DNA from: an uncultured Elusimicrobia bacterium
GTDB lineage: Bacteria; Elusimicrobiota; Elusimicrobia; UBA1565
Length of the DNA stretch: 23,257 nt
Reading direction: 5' to 3'
NCBI GenBank assembly: GCA_964359165.1
Contig: CAYHRV010000008.1
Coordinates: 1 to 23,257 of the forward strand
The notes under the pieces were generated by a model, which worked only from the letters and a program-made list of their open reading frames with translations, had not been told where the DNA came from and made no database searches. Positions 1 through 12,000 of the stretch are shown here, one piece after another. The first letter of the stretch is position 1, and the number at the start of each line of letters is the position of its first letter. The translations under genes and the position numbers were made by a program.

Positions 1-2
1 CG

Positions 3-3000
3 GGAAACTCATACGGGGTCGCGTGGGGTGACTACGACAACGACGGCGACCTGGATGCGATCGTGGCCAACTATTCCAACCAGGACGAGTTCCTTATTCG
101 CAACGATACGGCGGCCGTCCATGCGGCGCCGACGCCCCCCGGCGCATTCTCAGCCTCTTTCCAGGAGTACGGTCTTTCCTCCTCCTCCGGCGTTCTGACC
201 CTGTCCTGGGGCAACGGCGCGGACGTCGAGAACTCTACGGCTTCCCTGCGCTACTTCATCCGGGTGGGGACCACGGTGGCTGGGTCGAGCACGACCTTCA
301 AGATACCGGCGAGATATTCCTTGGACGGCTATTCCGGCGGCGGGTCCTCCCTCTACAGCACGAAGATCTCCTCCGCGGTCCGGGGCATGAAGCTCGTTAT
401 GCAGAAAGAGACCACCGTCTATTGGGCGGTGGTGACCGAGGACGGGGAGTTCCAGCGTTCGGCGCAGTCCGCGGAACAGACGGCGTTCCTGGCGGCTCCG
501 GGGGCGGTCACGGACCTGCGGGTCGCCTCCATCGTGTCCACCGGCCTGGGCGCCTCCTCCATGACGGTGACCCTGGCCTGGACGGCCCCGGGGGAGAACG
601 GCTACACGGGAGCCATCACGGGCGGCTCCTACGACATCCGTTACTCCACCCTGGCTCCCATCACGAGCACCAACGCCTACGCGGCGGCGGCCTTCACGAT
701 ATCCGTAGCCACCAACGCCAACCCTGGCGAGACGCACTCCTACGCGATCCCCCTCTTGGAGGCGAAGGCCACCCACTATTTCGCGATCACGGTCAAGGAC
801 GCGGCCGGAGTCCGCTCGGGACTATCGAACCCGACCACGGCCCAGGCCTATGTCGATGCCCTGTCGGGAACGGCGGACGGGGCCTACGATCTGGCCTTTG
901 GGGACTACGACCGGGACGGGGACCTCGACGCGATAACGGCCAACAGCGGGGCGGCGGACGAGACGCTCCTGCGCAACGACGGCAACAGCGTCTTCACCCG
1001 CCTCACCGTCGCCGGAAGCGCCGGCGACTCGCGGGGCGTCGCGTGGGGGGACTACGACAACGATGGAGATCTCGACGCGGCGGTGGCCAACGCCGGCGGC
1101 CAGGACGAGGTCCTTCTTCGCAACGACGGCGGGGGGGCCTTCGCCGTCGTCGCCCTCACGGGCTCGGGAGGGGATTCCGCCGGCGTGGCGTGGGGGGATC
1201 ACGACAACGACGGCGACCTGGACCTGGCCGTGTCCAACGCCGGCGGGCAGGACGAATATATCGCCCGCAACAACGGCGACGGGACCTTCTCGACCTTCAC
1301 TCTTACCGGCACGGCGGGCGCATCCTGGGGGGTCGGCTGGGGAGACTACGACAACGACGGGGACCTGGACCTCGCGGTGGCCAACGCGGCAGCGAACATG
1401 GTCTTGGCGCGCAACGACGGCAACGGCGTCTTTTCGACCTCGTCGGTCGCCGGGACATCGAACTATCGAGCCCTCGCCTGGGGGGATTTCGACGGCGACG
1501 GCGACCTGGACCTCGTGCTGGGGACCAACGGCGACGAGCTGCTGGTCCGCAACAACGGCAATGGGACCTTCACTTCCGCCGCGCTGACGGGGTCCGGAGG
1601 GGACACCTACGGCCTGGCCGCCGGCGACTACGACAACGACGGGGACCTCGACTTGCTCTTGGGCAATTTCGCCGGCGTGGACGAGACCCTCCTGCGCAAC
1701 GATGGCGTGGGGAATTTCACCCCCGTCGTCCTCGGCGGGACCGGGAGGAGCACGCTGGGAGCCTCTTGGGGAGATTTCGACGGCGACGGCGACCTCGACG
1801 CGATGCTCGCCGCTTCCAACGTCGATGACTTTATCCTGCGCAACGATACGGCTTCCACCCATAACGCGCCCACCGCCCCAGCCGGGGGATTCTCCTCCTC
1901 GTTCCAGGAATATGGGATCGCTTCGAGCTCGGGCGTCCTGACCCTCTCCTGGGGGAACGGTTCGGACACGCCGCATTCGACAACCACCCTGCGCTACCTC
2001 GTCCGGGTGGGGACCACGGTGGCTGGGTCGAGCACCACGGTCAAGATCCCGTCGAGGTTCAGCGTGGGTGGGTTCTCGGGCTCCCTTCCCTACAGCACGA
2101 ATGTCTCCTCCGCGGTCCGGGGCATGAAGCTGGTCCTGCAGAAAGAGGCCACCGTCTATTGGGCCGTGGCCGCGGAGGACTCCGAGTTCGCGCGCTCGGC
2201 GCAGTCCGCGGAGCAGACCGCGTCCCTCGTGGCCCCGGGCCGGGTGACGGACCTGCGTGTCGTCTCCATCGTGTCGACGGGCCTGGGCGCGAGCACGATG
2301 ACGGTCACCCTCCAGTGGACCGCCCCGGGCGATGACGGCTATTCGGGGGCCTTGGCCGGGGGAACTTTCGACCTCCGCTATTCGACCCTCGCCCCCATCC
2401 TGGGCTGGAACGACTACTCCACCGCGCCGTTCACGGTCTCGATCGCCAGTTCGGTCAACGCGGGAGAACTTCAGACCTATGTGATCGCCGACCTGGATGT
2501 CCGGACCTCGCACTATTTCGCCATCACGACCAAGGACGGGCTTGGCGTGCGGTCGGCTCTCTCGAACCTCAATGCCATCGCCACCGGGTACATACTGCTC
2601 CTGCCGGGGACCTCCGGGAGCGATCCGGGGGCGGCCTGGGGGGACTATGACCGGGACGGAGACCTCGACCTCCTGCTCTCGGACAGCCGGCTCATGCGCA
2701 ACGACGGGAACGGGAGCTTCGTGCAGGTCGCCGTCCCGGGAATGGGAGGGTTCGGCGCGTCCTGGGGCGATTACGACAACGACGGAGACCTCGACATCGT
2801 GTCCAACGCCAACGCCATCGGCGACGAGGTGGTCCTGCGCAACGACGGGGGCGCCTTCACGGCCGTCGCGGTGACCGGCTCTGGCGGCAACTCCGCCGGC
2901 GGCAACGCCTGGGGAGATTTCAACAACGACGGGCGCTTGGACTTCGCCGCGGCCAATCAGAGCGCGGAGAACGAGGTCCTGGCCCGCAACAACGGCAACG

Positions 3001-6000
3001 GGACATTCTCGACCTCCACCCTCACGGGCTCCGGCGGCTCCTCGCAAGGCATCGCTTGGGGCGACTACGACAACGACGGGGACCTGGACCTGGCCGTGGC
3101 CAACGGCGGCGAGGACCCGGTGCTGTTGAGGAACAACGGCGGGGGCGCCTTGAGCGTCACAACGGCCCTCAACGGGTTCGGGTTCCCGGTGCGCGCCATT
3201 GCTTGGGGCGATTACGACAAGGACGGGGACCTCGACCTGGCCTTGGCCCGCAGCGGCGGGGCCGATGAGAGCCTCCTGCGCAACAACGGCAACGGGACCT
3301 TCACGGAAGCGGTCCTCACCGGGTCCGGGGGGGATTCCTTCGGCGTCGCTTGGGGCGACTACGATAACGACGGCGACCTGGACCTAGCCGTGGCCAATGC
3401 GGGGGGAGGCGACGAGGTGGTCCTGCGCAACAACGGCAACGGAACTTTCTCCAAGTTCATCCTGGCGGGCACGGCCGGGAATACCCATGGGATAACCTGG
3501 GGAGACTTCGACGGCGACGGCGACTTGGACCTGGCCGCGGCGAGCGACGACAAGCAGGTCATGGTGCTTCGCAACGACGCGGCGCTGGCCCACAGTGTTC
3601 CGACCCCGCCCGTCGCCGGCTTCTCCGCCTCCTACCAGGAGTACGACGCCTCGGCCAGCTCCGGCGTGCTGACGCTCCAATGGGGCAACGGGTCGGATGT
3701 GGAGGATTCGACGGCTACCCTCCGCTATTTCGTCCGGGTCGGGACCACGGTGGCCGAAAGCAGCACCACGTTGAAGCTTCCCTCCCGTTACTCGCTCGAC
3801 GGTTTCGCCGGAGGGGGATCTTTCCTTTATAGCACCCAGGTCTCATCGGCGGCGCGCGGCATCAAGCTGGTGATGCAGAAGGAGACCACGGTCTATTGGT
3901 CCGTGCTCACCGAGGATTCCGAGTTCCTGCGCAGTTCCTCCTCCACGGAGCAGACGAGCTATCTCATCGCCCCCGGCCGGGTCACGGACCTTCGGGTCTC
4001 GGCCATCTCCTCCACGGGCCTCGGCGCGTCGTCGATGACGGTGACCCTGCAGTGGACCGCGCCCGGAGACAACGGCTATTCCGGGGCGCTATCGGGCGCC
4101 CTCTACGACATCCGCTACTCGACCCTGGCCCCCATCACCGCGGCAGGGGCGTACCTGGCCGCGCCGTTCACCCTTTCCATCTCCACCAACGTCAATCCCG
4201 GGGAAACGCAGACGGCGCTCCTCCAGTATCTGGAAGCCAAGGCCACCCATTATTTCGCGATCACGGCCAAGGACTCGACCGGCGTCCGGTCCTTGCTCTC
4301 CAATCCGGCCACGGCCGAGGCGTATGTCCGCTACCCGGCGGCGACCGGCGGGAACTCGAAGGCCGTCGCCTGGGGGGACTACGACAAGGATGGGGACCTC
4401 GACGCGCTCGTGGCCAACGGCGGGGGGGCCGACGAGTTCCTTATGCGCAACGACGGCAACGGCGCCTTCACGAAAGTGACCATCGCCGGCTCGGGAGGGG
4501 ATTCCACCGCCGTGGCGTGGGGAGACTACGACAACGACGGGGACCTCGACGCCCTGGTGGCCAATACCGGGAACGAGGATGAGTTCCTCCTGCGCAACGA
4601 CGGCGGGGCGTTCACCAAAGTCGCGCTCACGGGCACGGCGGGCAACTCGAAGGCCGCGGCGTGGGGCGATTATGACAACGACGGGGATCTCGACGCGCTC
4701 GTGGCCAACGCCGGGACGCAGGATGAATATCTGCTCCGCAACAACGGGACCTCGTTCTCCAGCGCGGCGATCGTCGGGATCGGCGGCGACTCCAATGGCG
4801 TGGCCTGGGGGGACCATGACGGCGACGGCGACCTGGACGCCGTCGTGGCCAACGGCGGAGCGGAGGACGAGGTCCTCCTGCGCAACGACGGGAGCGGGGT
4901 ATTCGTCCCCCTCGTCATGGCCGGGGGCTCGGGCGGAGCGTCTTACGGCGCGGCCTGGGGGGATTACGACAACGACGGGGACCTCGACATTCTCGTGGCC
5001 AACGGCGGAGCGGAGGACGAGGTCCTTTTGCGAAACGACGGGGGCGGCACCTTCTTCAAGATCACGCTGACAGGCTCTGGCGGCGACACCCGGGGCGCAG
5101 TGTGGGGCGACGCGGACAACGACGGGGACCTCGACATCCTCGCGGCCACCGGCGGCGGCGAGGACAAGATCCTCCTGCGCAACGACGGCGGAGGGACATT
5201 CGCCAAAGTCGTGCTGGCCGGATCCGGCTCTGAGTCGCGAGGCGCATCCTGGGGCGATTACGACGGCGACGGCGACCTGGACGCCGTCCTGGCCGGCGAT
5301 TCGGCGCAAGACGAGTCGATCCTTCGCAACGATCTCGCGTCTTCCCATAACGCGCCTTCCGCGCCTTCCTCGGGCTTTTCCGCCTCCTTCCAGGAATACG
5401 GGATCTTCGCGACCTCGGGGGTGCTGACGCTCTCCTGGGGGAACGGCTCCGATGCCGAGACTCCCGCCGCTTCCCTGCGCTATCTCGTTCGGATCGGCAC
5501 CACGGTGGCCGGTTCGAGCACCACGCTCAAGGTCCCTGTCCGCGTGAGCCTCAACGGTTCCTCCCCGTACAGCACGCGCATCACCCCGGCCGCGCGGGGC
5601 CTCAAGATCATCATACAGAAGGAGACCACCGCCTATTGGGCCGTGACCGCGGAAGACGGCGAGTCCTTGAGATCGTCCGAATCGGTGGAGCAGAGCGCCT
5701 TCCTGGCGGCTCCCGCGGCCATCGCGGATCTGGCCGCGGCTCAAGATAACACGGTGGAAACCTCCTCGAGCGCGTGGATGACGCTCACGTGGACGGTGCC
5801 CGGCGAGGACGGTTCGGCCTCCACGCTCCAGTCCGGCGCGGTCTACGACTTGCGCTGGAGCACGGTCGGGGTCGTGGACTCGCAAGCCAAATACGAGGCG
5901 GTCCCCAATCAATCGCTCATCGCGGCCGACGGCCAAATCCCAGGAACCGTGCGCACGCAACTGGTGGCCGTGCCGCCTGGAAAGACCTACTACTTCGCCC

Positions 6001-9000
6001 TCACCGTCAAGGACAGCCTCGGCTCGCGTTCGGGCCTTTCCAACGCCGCCGCCGGGGTGTTCGCCAACGCGCTTATGGAAGAGACCACCGGCGTCGCCAT
6101 CCCCACCGCGCTCCAGGGCGACACGACCGCCTTCCTGAAGGTGAAGCTCTGGGTAGATTCGGGGACCCTGACCTGGCTCAAGATCGCGGTGCGCAAGACC
6201 GGAGGCGTGCCCGACTCCGCCGTCAAGAACGTGGCGGTCTATCAGGACAGCAACGCCAACGGCGTTTTCGACGCGGCCGATTCCTTCGCCCTGCGCACCT
6301 CGCCGGCGGTGTTCGTCTCGAGCGCGGCGACGCTCACGCTGAGCCCGGCTCAGACCATCAATACGACCACCAAGACCTACTTCGTCGCCTTGCAGTTCGA
6401 GCCCGCGAACCTGCAGACCGACGGCTCCAGCGTGGCCGTCCGCCTCGATCCCCAGCCCTTCACCGTGCGAGGAGCCGGTATCCCCGGGACCGATCTGCCC
6501 GCCCTGCTCCTTGATGGAGTCGACGACCAGGTGCGCGTCCCCACGAGCGGGAGCCTCAACGCGATCGGCGCCTTGACCGTCGAAGCCTGGGTGAAGACCA
6601 CGGACTCGGGGGCAGACCGGTCCATCGTGACGCGGGCCAACGGGGGTCTGACTCAGGGCTTCCGGCTCTGGCTCAACGGCGCGGGCTGCGGAGCGGGAGT
6701 GCCGACCTTGTTCATCGGTCCGGCGTTCCTATGCGCCAATCGAGAAGGAACGCCCGTCCGCGTCGACGACGGACGCTGGCATCACGTGGCCGCGGCCTAC
6801 AACGACCTCAACGGCAAGCGCATATTCGTCGACGGCGAGATGCTCTCCACCGGGCCGGTGTCCGCCGGCGTGCTCGCCGACACCAGCGACCTGGCCTTCG
6901 GAGGGCCCAATCCGGCAGGCGGCGGGTACCTCGCCGGGGTCCTAGACGAGGTGCGGGTCTCGAATTTCATGCGCTACACATCCGGCTTCGTCCCCGCGCT
7001 GCGCAACTCCACCGACGGAGGCACCGCCCTCCTGCACCATTTCGACGCGCTCGTGGGGACCGGGACCCTGGTGGTTGACGCCTCGGCCAACGGCAACAAC
7101 GGGACCTTGCTCGGAAACATGGCGGGCTATGGGCGGTCCACTTCGACGGTGCTTGTCGACGTCCAGGACGTCCTCCAGTCCAGCGGGACGGATATCAGTC
7201 CGACCACGATGTATCGCAACGCCACGGACGTGGGACTGCTCAAGCTCCAGCTCTGGACCGACCACGACTACGCGACCTTCCAACGCATCTCGGTCGGCCA
7301 TTTCGGGTCGGGGTCGGAGGCCGGGGTCACCAACATCCGGATGTACAAGGACGACGGCGACGGGCTCTTCTCCCCGGTCTTGGACTCGAACCTGACCCTG
7401 GGCCAAGACTTCGCCGTCGGCAAGGCCACCTTCGACCTCGTGGCCGCGGGGCAGACCCAGGTCATCACCCCCTCGACGAAGACCTACTTCTTCTCCTGGG
7501 ACATCACCGGCGCGGCCCAGATCGGCGAGTCCCTCGGCCTGCAGATAGGCAGCACGGAGGACATCCTGCTTTCCGGGACCACGGACGCGGTGTCCGCGTT
7601 GAGCTTCCCCATCCAGACCGCCACGCGCGCGGTGGTGGCGGCCAGCGCCTTCGTGGCCGCCGAGACGGCTACGGGGACCTGGGTCAATATCTCCTCCATC
7701 GTCTTCAACGGCAATTTCAACCTCGGCAACGTGAACCACTTCCACCCCCGCTGGGACCAGAATCCCGCGACATCGATCACTGGGACGGAGCCGCTCTGGA
7801 ACGCCGGGAAAACCACGACCACGGCGACCCAGGACGCCAATGATTGGTATTTCCACGTGAAGGCCTTCGATGGGAGCGACACTCCGGGCACCCAGCAGGA
7901 CCTGGGCCCCTTCTTCGTCGACCGGACCCCGCCTTCCGCCTCCCTGTTCCGCAGCTTCAACTCCACGGCCGGAGCGCTGGCCGAGGCGCAGGTCAACGAC
8001 CTCGCCTTGGGGGTGACGGTCCAGCTCGCCGTGCAGGATGCCCTATCGGGCCTGAGCCTCGACGGTTTGGCGCCCTTGGCTCCCGTGGAAGGCACCGTGG
8101 GGCTCTGGCATTTCGACGACCCCTCGGGTTCGGTCTGGAAGGATTCCGGGACCGCCGGCATCCAGCTCTCGGGTTCCGGCGTCGTCACTCGGGCGGCGGG
8201 ACGCTTCCGCACCGGTCTGCTCTTCGACGGGTCCGGGAACCTGAGCGCATCGCCCTCCTCCCTCCCCCTGGGCGCCGCGGTGCGGAGCATCGAGGCGTGG
8301 ATCAACCCCGTCTCGACGCAGACCACGCTCGGCCTGGTGACCTGGGGAGCGGCGGGATCGAACACCCTGATGCGATTCGGGATGATAAACGGAAAGCTCT
8401 CCTCGGACATGGGCGGGGTGTCCAATCTCGCGGGGCCGGTATTGAGCACGGGGGTCTGGCAGCACGCCGCTTTCACCTATGACGGGAGCGCGGCGCGCTA
8501 TTACCTCAACGGCGTCTTCGTGGGAAGCCACACCTACGGGGCCGTAGCCACCTCGGCGGGGACTCTCTATGTCGGAGCCGGAGAGGGCGCCACGCTCAAG
8601 TTCCGAGGCACCATTGACGAGGCCCGCATCCTCAACCGCGTCTTGAGCGCGGAAGAGGTCTATAACGATCGATTCCGGGGTGACCCGTATTACGCGGCCT
8701 ACTCCACTTCCGCCGGCAATTCCTGGCAGTTCGTGCTGAGCACCACCCCCGGCTCGGGCCCCTGGGTGGCGCGCAGCGGCGCGCACGGCTCCTCGGCGCT
8801 GGAGACGATCTCGGTGTACGGCCTCAACCTCATCGTCTCCACCAGCAACGCCGCCGGGGCCCAAGCCACCAATCAGGTGCTTTTCTATGCCGCGGACACC
8901 GCGGGCAACGCGCAGGTGTCCGGCCCCTTCGGCCTGGTGGTGGACACCAACGCCGCCGTGGCTCTGTCCACGCCGATCGCGCCAGCCAATGGGGTCTACA

Positions 9001-12000
9001 CGGGTCCGCGCCCCAACTTCGACTGGGCGGGCCCGAGCACCACCAGCGTGGCCGCCATGGCCGGTCCGGGGGGCAACGGCGGGCGCTTCTATCTTCAGGC
9101 GGCCGCCAACGACCCCTCCTTCTCCCCGGGAAGCATCGTCCTGAGCATCTCCACTCCGGCCCTGGTCGCGGACACGAGCCTTTCTCGCGTGGTCGGCGTC
9201 TACCAGTCCACCTTCACCTTGGCGGAGGGGAACACCTATTATTGGCGCGTGCGCTCGCTGAGTTCGCTGGGGGTCTCCGGACCCTGGAGCGCCTACAGTA
9301 GTTTCGTGGTGGACGCTTCCAGTCCGTCGGCCTCGAGCTATCTCCTCTTCAATTCGAGCGGCGGTGCCTTGGGCGAGACCCAATACACGGACATCCTGCG
9401 CGGAGCGACTGCGCAGATGACCTTCGCGGACGGGCTGGCCGGGTTCCCGCGCAAGCTAGATTTCGGCCCGAACGCGGGGACCATCGCTTTGTGGCATTTC
9501 AATGAGCGCGACGGCTCCTTCCCCGTGGACGCCAGCACCAACTCGCTGGCGGGAACGCTGATCGGCATCAATGCCTCCTCCGCCGCCTATCGGGCCACCC
9601 CCTTCGGCGCCGGCCTGCGCTGCGAGGGGGCCCAAGCCATGCTCGCCTCGAGCGCCCCGTTCAACTTCGCCGCCGGGAGCGAGTTCACCTTCGAGGCGTG
9701 GATCAACCCCGACAGCGTTACCGGGATCCAGATCATCGGCGGGGTGGGAAGCGTGAGCCCGGGAGCGGGGAACGGCAACTGGCTCTTGCGCATCGACAAC
9801 TCCAAGCTCTACTTCACCAACGCGACGAGCGCGGGATTCGCGACGCTCCCCGGGGTGGTTTCCGCCGGCGTCTGGCAGCATGTCGCCATGACGGTGCGCG
9901 GGAGTAAGACCTCCTTCTACGTCAATGGGGTGCTCAACTCCGTGGGAGGCAACGGAGCCAACAGCGGCACCTACGACAAGCCCTTCGCCCTGTGCACGGC
10001 CATCGGGACTTCCGGCGTCTATGAGAATCCCTACCAGGGTCTCATCGATGAGGTGCGCATCCTCAACTACGAGGCCACGGCGGAGCAGGTCGCCTCCGAT
10101 CACGCGGCCACGGCTCCGGGGATCTTCTCGGTGGAGTATTCGACCACGGCCGGCAACACCTGGGCCGTGGTGAGCGCCACCACCCCCGCCGCGGGCTACG
10201 CCTATCTCTCCTTCCCCGGAGCGGAGGGGGGGCTGGGACCGGACACCCTGGTCCTGCGCGACATGACGCTCGCCCATTCGACCAACTCCTCGGCCGGGGC
10301 CGCCGCGACCAACCAGGTCCGATTCATCGTCCCCGACCGCGCGGGGAACTTCCAGACGGCCGGGCCCTTCGCGGTGCTGGCCGACACCGTGGCCGCGACC
10401 GCGGTCTCCACGCCGAGCTATCCGGTCGGCGGGGCCTACGCGCAGACCCGGACCAATTTCCTCTGGGCCGGACCGAGCACCAAGACGGCGTCCGGGATGG
10501 GGGCTTCGGCCTCCTATCTGCTCCAGGTCGACGATGCCCAGGACTTCTCCTCTCCCGACATCTCCGTCTCCACCCCGGTGGCCACGCACAGCACCTCGGC
10601 GGTCACGGTGTTCGGTGCCTATGTCAGCACCTTCACCTTGGCCGACGCCACGACCTTCTACTGGCGCGTCATGGCCAAGGATTTCCTGGGCCAGCTCTCG
10701 CCGCCTCTGACCACCGGAAAATTCGTCACGGACATGAGCACCCCAGTTTCCTCGAGCTTCGGCACCTTCGATTCCACCCGGGGGTTCACCTCGGAGAGCG
10801 GCGCCAACAACCTCCAATCGGGGGTGACGGCGCAGTTGACGGTGCAGGAGGCGGGGCCCTCCGGCCTGAGGACGGGGCTTTTGGACGGGAACAGGACTTT
10901 CGGGGTGATCTACACGACCGGAGGCCACAATCCGGCGGCTTCCGTCACTTGGAACGACGGGGGCATGGCCGAGGCCCTCTCCGACTCGGCGGGCGGGTAT
11001 TTCACCTCGCTGGCCGTGTACCAAGGGAGGCTCTACGCGGGCTTGGCCACCGGCGGCTCCGGAGGCAAGGTGTACTCTTTTGATGGTTCGGCTTGGGCCG
11101 CGCCCGATCCCTTCGTCAACGACGTGCTGGCTCTCATGGAGTTCCAGGGGAAACTCTATGCCGGGCTGGAGGGAGGCGAGGTCTGGGGCTTCGACGGCGC
11201 CCTATGGACCCTGGCCGCGGACTTGCCGGAGGTCCGGGTCAACTCCCTGGCCGAGTACCACGGCAGGCTCTACGCCGCCACCGGCAGCCAGGGGCGCATC
11301 TATGCCTATGACCCGGCCGCGGGTTCCTGGTACGAGACCTACAAGTCCACGAACGTCGAGATATTCTCCCTGGAAGTCTACAACGGGCGGCTCTTCGCGG
11401 GGGGCAACCCGACCCTCTACGCGTTCAGCGGCAGCACTTGGACGCCGGCCTTCCATTTTCAGGCAGGGGGGAATTTCTACGACCTCCAAACCCATAATGG
11501 GAAGCTCTACGCCGCGACGAACAATCAGCGCGTGTATTCCTACGACGGCAGCGCCTGGACGTTCTTCACTCCCCCCGAGACCGAGATCCGGGCGCTGGGC
11601 GCGCATCAGGGCAGGCTCTATTTCGGCGCGAGCCTGCCCAGCATCGGACGCGTCTACACTCATGACGGCAAGGATCTCCTGCGGGTGCGGGACCTGGCCA
11701 CCAACAGCGACCGCATCTTCGCCCTCAAGACCTTCCAAGACAGGCTTTATATGGGGGCGCAGAGCGGAGCCGGTCCGGCCAAGGTCTATGTCTCCACCCC
11801 GCTTGCCTCCTCCATCACCGGCGTCGACGGCACGAACTCGGCCCAGACGCTCCAGGCGACCGGATTGGATCTCATCGCCTCGCAAAACGGCGTGGTCTGC
11901 GGCGGGTCTTCCCCCTGCCTGGCCACCAACCAGGTGCGGCTCACGGTCTCGGACATGGCGGGCAACGTGCATCAGGCCGGGCCCTTCTCCGTGCTCGTCG

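Noticed and set aside
63-65. GTG at 63 as the start codon of the giant gene
   Set aside because: The frame is open upstream to the window edge and encodes the first half of a repeat blade. This is an internal Val codon.
870-5335. Regularly spaced ~145-nt repeats that could superficially suggest a CRISPR-like or satellite array
   Set aside because: The repeats are imperfect, in-frame and encode the FG-GAP/VCBS blade consensus. There is no alternation of invariant direct repeat with unique spacer and no leader.
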